Origin: Candidatus Latescibacterota bacterium
GTDB taxonomy: Bacteria > Latescibacterota > UBA2968 > UBA8231
Direction: 5' to 3'
Assembly: GCA_965204725.1 (NCBI GenBank)
Contig: OZ242005.1
Coordinates: forward strand, 2,272,001 to 2,336,000
DNA: 64,000 bases
Translations under genes and position numbers: made by a program
Shown: piece by piece, positions 21,231 to 30,227 of the stretch
How positions within the stretch are numbered: position 1 is the stretch's first letter
Layout: the number at the start of each line of letters is the position of its first letter
Notes under the pieces: generated by a model
The model's database searches: none
Told to the model about the DNA's origin: nothing
What the model saw: the letters and a program-made list of their open reading frames with translations, nothing else

Positions 21231-22340
21231 TCAGCGCACCTCGATTTGGTCGCGGGTTGCGATGGCCAGTTCAGCTTCGGACAATACCGTGGGAATAACG
21301 TCCTCGCCCCGGCGAGCCAAGCGTATGAGCACCCCTTCTTCAGGTGCTTCGGCCGCCACTTTTTGAAACGCCTCGACCGCGTCCCAACTATGAGACGTTG
21401 CAAAAACTTGAATATCGAGCGTTTGCGCCAACTTGAATATCGTGCGCCACACATCCAACTGCACGGTGTGATGCAGACCATTTTCAAATTCATCTACCAG
21501 CAAAAGCCCCCCGCGAGCGTTGACGAGAGCGAGAATGATTCCAAACAGCCGATTCAGTCCATCGCCAAATGAACGTAGTGGAACAGGTCGCTCGATATTG
21601 TCTGCGCGTACAATGGCGGTAGGCTTTCTGCGAGTGTTGCCAACCATGGAAACGGCTGAAATCCGCGGATCGATGATGCGCAACGCTTCAACGACATCCT
21701 GCTCCCGGTCAGATAGCGCGATCTTATCCCACAACGGCCCCAACATGCTCGTGCCTTCGCCGCCGTAGGGGCTGACGAAAATACAGGGCATTCGGGTTCC
21801 GTTAGATGGGCGAGTGCGGTAACGATATACGCCAAAACGTTCAAGCGGGAAATTTAGCGTTCCTTCTTGTGTCTCGACGATCAAACCAGGGATACCCTCT
21901 GATTCACCCAAGAAACTGAGTTGCTGAGGGATCAACCGATACTTCCCTGCCGAGTCTCGTTCCTCCGCGAGCCAACCCAAGCGCATCGTCATATTCATTG
22001 GGCTCGACCCACCGCTAGTTGAGATGGCAATCGGCTCAGGGGCCTCTGAAAGCCGGGGGAATCCGTGGAACAACCCAGAGACGACCTGAGACAAGCTCTC
22101 AGGATCAGCCGAACGCCCTTCTTCCTCTGCTTCCTCGATATTTTCTTCGCGGTGCCTGAGTATGTCGTAAATCACGTCAAGCGCGGCATTCCTTGCGAGA
22201 AGATGCAGCCCTTCGAGAACGGATGATTTTCCGGTGTTGTTCTTCCCGGTAATCAGGTTCACGCGCCCCAAGCCGCAGAGGGTCAACTCGCGGAATGCGC
22301 GGAATCGCTCCAGCGTTATGCGCTCAATTTTGAGGCTCAT
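21231..22340 (-). CDS. ABC-type AAA ATPase (AAA_15/AAA_21-like)
   Basis: Walker A GKNNTGKS, signature-like SFGDG, Walker B LLVDEFENGLH, H-loop QVFATSHS. Confidence 0.88.
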   Translation of the reverse strand: MSLKIERITLERFRAFRELTLCGLGRVNLITGKNNTGKSSVLEGLHLLARNAALDVIYDILRHREENIEEAEEEGRSADPESLSQVVSGLFHGFPRLSEAPEPIAISTSGGSSPMNMTMRLGWLAEERDSAGKYRLIPQQLSFLGESEGIPGLIVETQEGTLNFPLERFGVYRYRTRPSNGTRMPCIFVSPYGGEGTSMLGPLWDKIALSDREQDVVEALRIIDPRISAVSMVGNTRRKPTAIVRADNIERPVPLRSFGDGLNRLFGIILALVNARGGLLLVDEFENGLHHTVQLDVWRTIFKLAQTLDIQVFATSHSWDAVEAFQKVAAEAPEEGVLIRLARRGEDVIPTVLSEAELAIATRDQIEVR

Positions 22341-22415
22341 TGCATTTCCCTTCACTAGAACTTCGTCTTGCGACAATATACGCGATACGCGAACCCGCCT
22401 TGGCCCCCAGCCCCC

Positions 22416-23471
22416 TCAGTCCAGCCGTATCTCCCCGCCTGCCTCTTGGCTCCGGTAGATCCCATCGAGGATTTTCATTACCTGTAGGGATTGTTCCGGC
22501 GGCACCGGCGAAGGCCGTCCCTCGGCAATGGCCGCGGCGAACTCCACGCATTCCTGCGCGTGGGCTTCGAGGCCGTCGTACATCAGCATGAGCTTGCGGT
22601 CGTATTGCTGGCGGGTCTGGTTGTTGCTCTCGCAAATCGAGCACTGCGGCCAATGCGCCCCGCCGCGCGTGCCGTAGAGCCACATCTGCATGTCCTCGCC
22701 TTGGACCGGGTGATGCAAAAGCCAACTCACCTCCAGCATGAGCGTCGCGCCGTTGTCAAAGCGCACGAAGGCCGCGGCAAAATCCTCGACATCGTAGTGC
22801 GAGGGAATGGACTGGCGGCCCCATTGGCTGAACGCGCCCTCTTGGTGCGCCAATTCGGCGCGGGCCACACCCGAAACGGCCACCGGCTCGGGATGCCCCA
22901 TAAACCACAAGGTCAGGTCGAGGATGTGAACCCCGATGTCGATGCAGGGGCCGCCGCCGCTGTGCTCCTTGAGAATGAACCCGCCGCCGACCGGCGCACC
23001 GGCCCGGCGCAGCATCCAACTGCGGACATGGTAGATGTCGCCGAGCGCGCCCGTGTCTAGCTCGGCTTTGAGGGCGCGGGACGAACCCTGAAAGCGAAAG
23101 TGCTGCGCGGTCATCAGTTCCTTGCCCGAGGCATCGCGCGCCGCAATCATTTGGCGAACCTCCTCGGGCGTGGGGGCCAACGGCTTTTCGCAGATCACGT
23201 GCTTGCCAGCCGATAGCGCGGCAATGGCCAACGGGGCGTGATACATGTTGGGGGTGCAGATGTCGATAATGTCGATCTCTGGATCGCTGAACAGGGCCGC
23301 TGGGTCGGTGTGCAGCTTGGCGATGCCGTTTTCTGCGCCAAAGCGCCGCAGCGCGTCCTCGCTAATGTCGCTGCCAGCGACCAACTCGGCTTCGTTAGAA
23401 GCCTGCCAGCCGGGGAGATGCGTACGGGCAATGCCGCCAACGCCGATGATACCTACTTTGAGCGTACTCAT
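22416..23471 (-). CDS. Gfo/Idh/MocA family oxidoreductase
   Basis: VGIIGVGGIA, ICTPN..H, HVICEKPLA, GGGPCIDIGVH. Confidence 0.92.
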   Translation of the reverse strand: MSTLKVGIIGVGGIARTHLPGWQASNEAELVAGSDISEDALRRFGAENGIAKLHTDPAALFSDPEIDIIDICTPNMYHAPLAIAALSAGKHVICEKPLAPTPEEVRQMIAARDASGKELMTAQHFRFQGSSRALKAELDTGALGDIYHVRSWMLRRAGAPVGGGFILKEHSGGGPCIDIGVHILDLTLWFMGHPEPVAVSGVARAELAHQEGAFSQWGRQSIPSHYDVEDFAAAFVRFDNGATLMLEVSWLLHHPVQGEDMQMWLYGTRGGAHWPQCSICESNNQTRQQYDRKLMLMYDGLEAHAQECVEFAAAIAEGRPSPVPPEQSLQVMKILDGIYRSQEAGGEIRLD

Positions 23472-23523
23472 AGCTTATCCTTTTGGGGTTGTGGTTGATA
23501 CGCGAAAGAGAGGAGGGGCCTCA

Positions 23524-23703
23524 TATAGCAATCCTAAATGATTTGCAAGCATGTAGAGATGCTTCGACTGCGCTTCGCTACGCTCAGCATGACACACAGA
23601 CGGGGGCTTCGTCCCCAGCCCTTGTCATACTGAGCGCAGCGAAGTATCTCATACCCAAAACGCCATGTAGAACATCCCTTATGAACGATGTAAGACTGCT
23701 ATA
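23524..23703. mobile_element. MITE-like element (copy 1, 180 bp) with TA-ended TIRs and an internal REP-like hairpin
   Basis: Left end TATAGCAATCCTAAATGATT; the right end reverse-complements to TATAGCAGTCTTACATCGTT (15/20 match). Internal GAGATGCTTCG...CGCTCAGCATGACA pairs with TGTCATACTGAGCG...CGAAGTATCTC. A homolog starts at 28096. Confidence 0.75.
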
Positions 23704-24499
23704 TCCGCGTCAGAGCTTCGGTCGGCATCCAGCCGCCGAGGCCATTCGCCAGCCGCACCAACATCCATGCCCCTTCCTGCCGCACCAAGCGCACCTTGGT
23801 GCCCTCGTGCGCGACAAAGACCTCGGTCTGCCCAAGGTCGGGGCCGGATCGTGCGTGGGCTTGGGCCGCGGTGACGATGGCTTCGCTCGTCTGCGCCTGA
23901 TGGCGGAGGCGCGTTCCCAGCCAGAGCGCGGAGCCGACGCTCAGCCCCGCACAAAGCAAAACCCCGACTAGCCAGAGCGCACCCGGGCGCGGCTGCGCGA
24001 AAAACCACCGCACCCCCAAGACAAAGATCGCGAAAAACGCCGCGGCGAACAGCAGGCTGAGTTGATTGAACGTAGGCCAGAAATAGGCGGCCACCAGCGC
24101 GGCGACCAAGGTGCCGAGGCCGTCCTCAATCTGCGGGTCTCGGTCCTTCTTGACTAGGTTGGCAAAGCGCAGATTGGCCTCAATGTCCTCGTCGTGCGGG
24201 ACCAAGCGCCGCGCTCGTTCGTACCAGAGAATCGCTTCGCCGAGCTTCCCGGCCTTAAAGCAGGCATTGCCCAGATTGTAGTAGAGCCGAGCGTCTTGCA
24301 CCCCAGCATCTACCACCTCCAAGTAGGTGCGCCGCGCCGCGGCAAAATCCCCGGCCCGATAGAGCGCGTTGGCCTCGTTGTACTGCCCAGCCGCGGCCGA
24401 CTGGGCGTCGAGCACCCGGGCGTCAAACAGGAGCAAGAACACCAGCGTCCCCCGCACGACTCGACGCCAAGATGTACCGCCCTGAGATACCCCCATCAT
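23699..24499 (-). CDS. batE: BatE-like TPR + SH3 protein
   Basis: YYNLGNACFK.G.LGEAILWYERA TPR, two TM helices, SGP...HEGTKV...W..VRL.NG..GW SH3-like domain. Last gene of the bat operon. Confidence 0.8.
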   Translation of the reverse strand: MMGVSQGGTSWRRVVRGTLVFLLLFDARVLDAQSAAAGQYNEANALYRAGDFAAARRTYLEVVDAGVQDARLYYNLGNACFKAGKLGEAILWYERARRLVPHDEDIEANLRFANLVKKDRDPQIEDGLGTLVAALVAAYFWPTFNQLSLLFAAAFFAIFVLGVRWFFAQPRPGALWLVGVLLCAGLSVGSALWLGTRLRHQAQTSEAIVTAAQAHARSGPDLGQTEVFVAHEGTKVRLVRQEGAWMLVRLANGLGGWMPTEALTRI

Positions 24500-26259
24500 A
24501 TCCGCTTCTCCAAACCTGCGATCACTTCTCCAGCCAAACGCCGCGCCGCCGCTCGGTCCGTTGGCGGGCCGCCCGCAGGCGCGAAGCGGGCAAAATCGCA
24601 GCGCGTCAGCAGATCGCGCAAGGCGGCAATCGTCTCGGCCTCGACCTCGCGTTCCGCTAAGGCCGTGGCGCAGACCTCCATGGTCAGGCCAGCCGCCGCG
24701 AGGTTGAGCCGGTCGGCCACGAACTCCAGCACTGCGGCGCGTACCTCGCCGTAGAACTCGGCCTCGGTGCCGCCTTCGAGCCAAGCATCGGCGCGGGCTA
24801 GGCGGCGGCCCGCTTCGCCTTTGGCGCGGCGCTGACGGGCGTATGCCACATCGCCCTGCAAGCGCCGCTGGTGGCGTTGCCACAACAGCAGGGCCAAGAA
24901 GGCAATGGGCAGCGCGCCCTGTACGCTCCAAAACCAATAGCGCTCGTGGAGCATGGGGGGCGCGACGAGGGTCTCGACATCAGGCTTGATGTAGCGGATG
25001 TCCTCGCCTACGGCCTCGATGTCGCGCCGGCTCAACCCGTAGCTCACCCCTTCCTCCTCAACGCTCCCCTCGCTGTGAATGACGATGGGATCAGATTCGA
25101 GGACCTCGTAGCGCGCTTGGTGAGGGTCGAAATACGCAAAGCGCAACGGCGGGATGTTTAGGGTACCGCCTTGCTCGGGAATCAAGATGTACTCGAACAG
25201 GCGGCGGCCCCCATACACCCCGTTGGTAATTCGCGCCTCTTCCTCGACCTTGGGGTCGTAGAGCTTGACGCCAGCAACGGCATCCACTTGGAGGGGCTGC
25301 ACCGCGGCCATGTTGCCCTCGCCCTCGACGAGCACGCGCAGCGTCACCGGATCCCCGGCCGCGACTTGGGTCGGCTGGGCCTCGACGCTGAGTTGGAAGC
25401 GCCCGACCGCGCCGGTAAATTCCGCGGGGCGGCCCTGCTCTGGCAGCGGGAGGACCTCAATGTGCAATTCCTCGCTTTGCAGGCGCACCGAGCGAGAGCG
25501 GCCAAAAAAGTCGTCGAGCAGGCTGCCGCGGCGCGAGCGCTGTTGGGGAATGTCGCAGGAAATGGCTAACGAGCCGACTGCGTGGGTCCCCGCGCCAGTG
25601 GGAAAAAGGGCCACCCGCCGCAACGGCGCGACATTGAAGGACACACCGCCGCGCACCTCCTGATGCGCCTTGAGCTGTTGGGCGACAAAGATGTCTTCGG
25701 TCCAGAACCCGACGAAGGTCGGCAGCTTGCTGAAGCTGACGTTGTGCGGTTGGATGCGGTAGAACAGGTCGTAGGACACGGTGACCTGCTGCCCCACATA
25801 AGCCCGCTCGTGGTCGGCACGCGCCAACACGAAGATGGGGGTTTCTGCGGGGTCGGCGGATGTGCGGCCGGTGCTGCGGACGATTTCGACGGTAATGGGC
25901 TTGGTCTGATAGTGTTCGCCGTCCATTTCCAGTTGGATCGGGCCGATGGTGAAGGTGCCGACCTGCTTGGCATAGAGAGAGTATGTCAACTCGTGGGTGA
26001 AGCGGACGTCGGTGAAGTTGTTCATCTCCATCCGCGTGCTAGTCGCTGGCCCCATGTGGAAACCCTTTAGGTCGAGGGCGGGTGGCGTCACTTGGCCCAA
26101 CTGTTCGTCCGCAGACTCGATGCGGAGCGTCAGATGAATCGGCTCGCCCAGACTGGCGCGAGTGCGATCGACGGACGCCTCGAACTCAATCGTCGCCGCG
26201 GCAACGCTAGAGGCCGCAAGCGCACATAGCACGAGCCAAATGGGCAGACGTACACTCAC
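24496..26259 (-). CDS. batD: BatD family protein
   Basis: FEASVDR, YVGQQV, FTGAVGRF, GEGN, FAYFDP...Y, DIRYIK, and a C-terminal TM helix. Confidence 0.85.
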   Translation of the reverse strand: MSVRLPIWLVLCALAASSVAAATIEFEASVDRTRASLGEPIHLTLRIESADEQLGQVTPPALDLKGFHMGPATSTRMEMNNFTDVRFTHELTYSLYAKQVGTFTIGPIQLEMDGEHYQTKPITVEIVRSTGRTSADPAETPIFVLARADHERAYVGQQVTVSYDLFYRIQPHNVSFSKLPTFVGFWTEDIFVAQQLKAHQEVRGGVSFNVAPLRRVALFPTGAGTHAVGSLAISCDIPQQRSRRGSLLDDFFGRSRSVRLQSEELHIEVLPLPEQGRPAEFTGAVGRFQLSVEAQPTQVAAGDPVTLRVLVEGEGNMAAVQPLQVDAVAGVKLYDPKVEEEARITNGVYGGRRLFEYILIPEQGGTLNIPPLRFAYFDPHQARYEVLESDPIVIHSEGSVEEEGVSYGLSRRDIEAVGEDIRYIKPDVETLVAPPMLHERYWFWSVQGALPIAFLALLLWQRHQRRLQGDVAYARQRRAKGEAGRRLARADAWLEGGTEAEFYGEVRAAVLEFVADRLNLAAAGLTMEVCATALAEREVEAETIAALRDLLTRCDFARFAPAGGPPTDRAAARRLAGEVIAGLEKRI

Positions 26260-27071
26260 CAGTCCCTAGCCTGCGCTTTGCCAGTGGCGCGAAACCGGCG
26301 GTGTTGAGCTTCTAGCTCGCGGTTTTTGAGTGCATCCATGAGTTGCTGAGCTTCCTCGGGACTAATGGATCGCTGCTCGGCCGGCTGATCCTGCTGCTGT
26401 TGATCCTGCCCACTCTGTTGCTGCTGTTGATCCTCCGCCGAATCCTCCGGCTGCTGTTGATCCTGTTGCTGTTGTTGATCCTGCTGATCCTGTTGATCCT
26501 GATCCTGTTGCTGCTGTTGATCCTGCTGATCTTGCTCTTGTTGATCTTGTTGCTGTTGATCTTGCTCTTGTTGATCTTGCTGATCCTGCTGCTGATCCTG
26601 TTGATCTTGCTGATCCTGCTGCTCTTGCTGCTCTTGCTGCTCTTGCTCCTCCAATTTCTCCAGTGCCAACTCCAAATTCACCTTTGCGTCCTCGTCGGCT
26701 GGGTCTAGCTCCAAAGCCCGCTTGTACGCGGCGATGGCCTGTTCAAACGCCTGCTGCTGAAAGAAGCTATTGCCCATGTTGTAATGGGCCTGCGCCTCGA
26801 TTTTTTCCTCCTCGGCACTGAGCACTTGTTCAAATTCTCGCAGGGCTTGGTCGTACTCGCCGCGCTTGAAGAGCACATCCCCGACGTTGAAATGTAGTTC
26901 GGGGGCGTCGGGCCGGTCGAGGAGCGCGTCGCGGTAGAGTTGCAGGGCCTGCTCGTACTCGCCGCGCTGGTAGTGCTCCCAAGCCTCGGCGCTCTTGCTG
27001 GCGACGGGATCGCCCACCGTCGCCCCGCAGACGATCAGCCAGATCCCCGCGACGACCCACAGTACTCCCAT
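26256..27071 (-). CDS. batC: BatC-like TPR protein with Q/D-rich linker
   Basis: TPRs (HFNVGDVLFK, HYNMGNSFF, DAKVNLELA), poly-Q/D tract, C-terminal EEAQQLMDAL...RDW. Confidence 0.82.
   Translation of the reverse strand: MGVLWVVAGIWLIVCGATVGDPVASKSAEAWEHYQRGEYEQALQLYRDALLDRPDAPELHFNVGDVLFKRGEYDQALREFEQVLSAEEEKIEAQAHYNMGNSFFQQQAFEQAIAAYKRALELDPADEDAKVNLELALEKLEEQEQQEQQEQQDQQDQQDQQQDQQDQQEQDQQQQDQQEQDQQDQQQQQDQDQQDQQDQQQQQDQQQPEDSAEDQQQQQSGQDQQQQDQPAEQRSISPEEAQQLMDALKNRELEAQHRRFRATGKAQARDW
26393..26650 (-). repeat. Low-complexity coding repeat (CAG/CAA/GAT; QQDQQ)
   Basis: Irregular tandem TGATCCTGCTGTTG-type units on the + strand, encoding a Gln/Asp/Glu linker on the - strand. Confidence 0.85.
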
Positions 27072-28096
27072 TAGGCGAACCGTCCCTTCCACTCGCGGGT
27101 TTGCACCCGCGCATCGCCTAAGAAAGCCTCGGCAAAGAAACAGCACAGGGCCAACAATAAGGGCCATTGGAAACGCTCCCGATAGCGGGTGAGGCGGGTA
27201 GAGCCGATTTCGCGCTGATCCATCTCGGCGATCTGGTCGTATAAGGCGGCCAATTCCGCGCCTTTCAAAGTACTGCGAAAGTAGGCCCCCCCGGTCTCCA
27301 ACGCCATGTCCTGCAAGGTGCTCTCGTCGAGCCGGGTTTTGACGTATTGGCCGCGCTTGTCTTTGTGAAAGCGCACACCACCCCCCTCCTCCTCAGTGGG
27401 GATGAGCTCGCCATCGGGCGTCCCCAGCCCCAAGGCAAAGAGGCGCACCCCCTGTTCAGCCGCCGCTTGCGCCGCGGCCAGCGGCTGCCCCACGTGATCT
27501 TCGCCGTCGGTGAAAAGCACGATGGCCTTGTGCTGGCCCTCGCCCTCGTCAAACGAGCGCACGGCGAGCCGCACCGCATCGCCAATGGCCGTCCCCTGAA
27601 CGGGTATGGCCCCAGCGTCCAGCACATTGAGAAACATCTCCACAGCTCCGTAGTCGCTCGTCAGCGGGCATTGAACAAAGGCTTGGCCGGCAAAGACCAC
27701 CAACCCGACGCGGTCGCCCCGCAGCAAGTCCAACAGGCCGCGAATTTGGTGTTTGGCCCGCGCCAAGCGGCTCGGCTTGACGTCCTCGGCCTGCATACTG
27801 CGCGACACGTCGAGCGCCAGCATCACATCTACGCCCTTGCGCTGGGCCATTTCGAGTTGCGTACCGAATTGGGGGCCAGTCAGCGCGAGGATCGCAAAGA
27901 AGGTCCCCAGCCCCAACAGGACGCACTTGCCCACTTGGCGGCCCCGGCTCAGGTTGCGAGTCAGCTTCTCGGCGAGCGGGCCGCGCACAAAATGCGCCAA
28001 GGCGCGACCACGCGCCCAGAATGCCCACGCAAAAAAGGCCGCCATAAAAGGCAGTAGCAGTAGAAACCAAAAATTGTACAAGTTCGCAAAGCGCAT
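27071..28096 (-). CDS. batB: BatB vWA-domain protein
   Basis: N-terminal BatA-type TM, MIDAS DVSRSM, PSRL, CPLTSD, FTDGEDH. Confidence 0.85.
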   Translation of the reverse strand: MRFANLYNFWFLLLLPFMAAFFAWAFWARGRALAHFVRGPLAEKLTRNLSRGRQVGKCVLLGLGTFFAILALTGPQFGTQLEMAQRKGVDVMLALDVSRSMQAEDVKPSRLARAKHQIRGLLDLLRGDRVGLVVFAGQAFVQCPLTSDYGAVEMFLNVLDAGAIPVQGTAIGDAVRLAVRSFDEGEGQHKAIVLFTDGEDHVGQPLAAAQAAAEQGVRLFALGLGTPDGELIPTEEEGGGVRFHKDKRGQYVKTRLDESTLQDMALETGGAYFRSTLKGAELAALYDQIAEMDQREIGSTRLTRYRERFQWPLLLALCCFFAEAFLGDARVQTREWKGRFA

Positions 28097-28341
28097 ATAG
28101 CCATCCTAAATGACTTGAAAGAATTAGAGATGCTTCGACTGCGCTTCGCTTCGCTCAGCATGACACCGAGACGAGGGCTTGGTGCTCCAGCCCTTGTCAT
28201 ACTGAGCGCAGCGAAGTATCTCATACCCAAAACTCCATGCAGAACATCATTCAAGACTGGATTCCCGCTTTCGCGGGAATGACGCCTCGTACAAAAAAAA
28301 GACCGGGCCGATCAACATTCCATGCTTGCGAGTCATTTAGG
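28096..28341. mobile_element. MITE-like element (copy 2) with an additional dRS3-like palindrome
   Basis: Starts TATAGCCATCCTAAATGACT and has the same internal hairpin as copy 1. Also contains ATTCCCGCTTTCGCGGGAAT. AGTCATTTAGG (28331-28341) is a perfect 11-bp IR of 28105-28115. Confidence 0.72.
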
Positions 28342-29341
28342 GCAGCGAGCGGAAGCGGGTGTGGGCCAACAGCATCTCCACCAATAGCAAGCCCAAGCCG
28401 ACGTAGAGAAAATAGGCAAAGCGCTCCGAGTAATTCAGGTGGATTTCGGATGTGATCTCGGTCGCCTCTAACTCGCCAATTTCGCGGTATATGGCCGCCA
28501 GCTTTTCCTCGCTCGTCGCTCGGTAGTACTGGCCGCCCGTGCGCGCGGCCACCTCCTGTAAGGTCTCCTCGTCGATTTCGACCTGTACGGTCTGGTAGCG
28601 GGTGCCGAAAACCCCGCGCACTGGCCGGCGAATCTCCCCGTCGCTGCCCACGCCAATGGTATAGACCCGGATGCCCACAGCCGCGGCCGCTTCGGCCGCC
28701 GTCAACGGCTCCACCTCGCCGGCGTTGTTCACGCCATCGGTTAGCAGAATGATCACCCGGCTCTCGGCATCCGAGTCGCGCAAGCGGTTGCAGGCGTTGA
28801 TCAGCGCCATGCCAATGGCCGTGCCGTCCCATGCCTCGCTGGCGATTTCCACGCCCTCGAGAAACTCCAACAACACCCGATAGTCGAGGGTCAGCGGGCA
28901 CTGGGTGAAGCTCTCGCCGGCAAAGACGACCATGCCAATGCGGTCGCTGTGGCGGCCGGCAATGAAGTCGGCCACCACTTCCTTGGCCACCTGTAAGCGG
29001 CTCTTCTGGCCCTCGGCTAGGTCGTTCAGTTCCATGCTCGACGACAGGTCCAAGGTCAGCATGATGTCGATGCCCTCGCCCGATATTTCCCGCACCTCGC
29101 GCCCAGATTGCGGGCGGGCCATGGCCGCGATGAGGCAGCCCAAGCCGAGTATCCGCAAGACGAGCAGGCCGTGCCGCAGCTTGGTCCACAGCGACGTCGT
29201 GGCGCGGCGCAACACCCCGAGGTCGGAAAACTGCACGCTGCTCCGGCGGCCTTGGTGGGCGCGCACATAGCTGTAGAGCAAGGCGGGCAACAGCAGGAGC
29301 AACAACAGCCACTCGGGATTTTCAAACCGGATGTTCTGCAT
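28337..29341 (-). CDS. batA: BatA vWA-domain protein
   Basis: RFENPEWL N-terminus, AMARPQ, MIDAS DLSSSM, DGTAIG, LLTDGVNNAG, IDEETL...TGGQYYRA. Confidence 0.88.
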   Translation of the reverse strand: MQNIRFENPEWLLLLLLLPALLYSYVRAHQGRRSSVQFSDLGVLRRATTSLWTKLRHGLLVLRILGLGCLIAAMARPQSGREVREISGEGIDIMLTLDLSSSMELNDLAEGQKSRLQVAKEVVADFIAGRHSDRIGMVVFAGESFTQCPLTLDYRVLLEFLEGVEIASEAWDGTAIGMALINACNRLRDSDAESRVIILLTDGVNNAGEVEPLTAAEAAAAVGIRVYTIGVGSDGEIRRPVRGVFGTRYQTVQVEIDEETLQEVAARTGGQYYRATSEEKLAAIYREIGELEATEITSEIHLNYSERFAYFLYVGLGLLLVEMLLAHTRFRSLP

Positions 29342-30227
29342 GCGGGGCGACCGCCTCCTCGATAGGGCGCAATAGGGCGAGGCCAGCATCGGGGGCGCGC
29401 CGGGCCGCCGCTAGGGCCGGATGGAAGCGGGCGAACTTCACCAAGTCGGCCTCGCGCAAATAGTCGAGGATCTGCTGCCTAAGCGCGGCATCCACTTCGG
29501 CCTCTTGCAGCGCGTTCGCCAGCTCCGCGGTGGTCTGCTCCATGGCTTCAATTTTTAAGCGCTCCTCCAAGCAGCGGCGCAAATTCTCCGAAAGCAGCGA
29601 GTAGTAAGTCTTGAACTCGCCGCGCTCCAGCAGGCCGCAGGCGGCGATGCGCGCAAACTCCGCCGCGTAATCCATCGGCTCGGGCGGGGGCGACGGCTGA
29701 GGAGGGCGGGTGCGGCGACGCCAGAGCCAAACGCCGCCGAATGCACATAGCGCCAACGCCAGCAGTCCGATGGCTACGACCACCCACAAAGGCACCCCGC
29801 CGCGGACGAGCACGGGCGGCTTGATGTCGCGGAGTTGGTCCTCCCCTTCGCTGCGGGCGCTGATGACCTCTATGGCTAGGGGTTGGGTCGTTCGCAGGAG
29901 CGTGTCGCCAGCAGCGCGGACAAAGGGCACGGCCACGGCCGGCACCTCGTGAACCCCCAACTCGTAGAGACGCAATTCGCATTCTTGCACGGTCGCGGCC
30001 TCGCGTTGACGCCAGCCGGCGCAGCGAGGAGCAAAATCTTGGAGAAGCTGGGACAAATCCGGGGCTTCGGGACGTGCGGTGGCGTCGTGGTGGAGGGTCA
30101 ATGTCAGGCGGATGGGATCGCCCACCCGGGCCGTTGCCGTGTCCAAGACCGCCTCGGCCCGAGGGACTTGGGCGTCCAGCCCCTCGGCGAGGACCATGAG
30201 CGCGGCGAGCAAACCGCCGATATACAT
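29322..30227 (-). CDS. Bat-operon membrane-anchored hypothetical protein (DUF4381/BatD-like)
   Basis: Signal peptide, VGDPI, LRDIKPP, one TM helix, AMEQTT.EL, ADLVKFA. Usual position upstream of batA. Confidence 0.72.
   Translation of the reverse strand: MYIGGLLAALMVLAEGLDAQVPRAEAVLDTATARVGDPIRLTLTLHHDATARPEAPDLSQLLQDFAPRCAGWRQREAATVQECELRLYELGVHEVPAVAVPFVRAAGDTLLRTTQPLAIEVISARSEGEDQLRDIKPPVLVRGGVPLWVVVAIGLLALALCAFGGVWLWRRRTRPPQPSPPPEPMDYAAEFARIAACGLLERGEFKTYYSLLSENLRRCLEERLKIEAMEQTTAELANALQEAEVDAALRQQILDYLREADLVKFARFHPALAAARRAPDAGLALLRPIEEAVAPHAEHPV

Noticed and set aside
26343-26708. Poly-Leu/Ile 121-aa ORF on the + strand
   Set aside because: Antisense shadow of the Q/D-rich linker of BatC.
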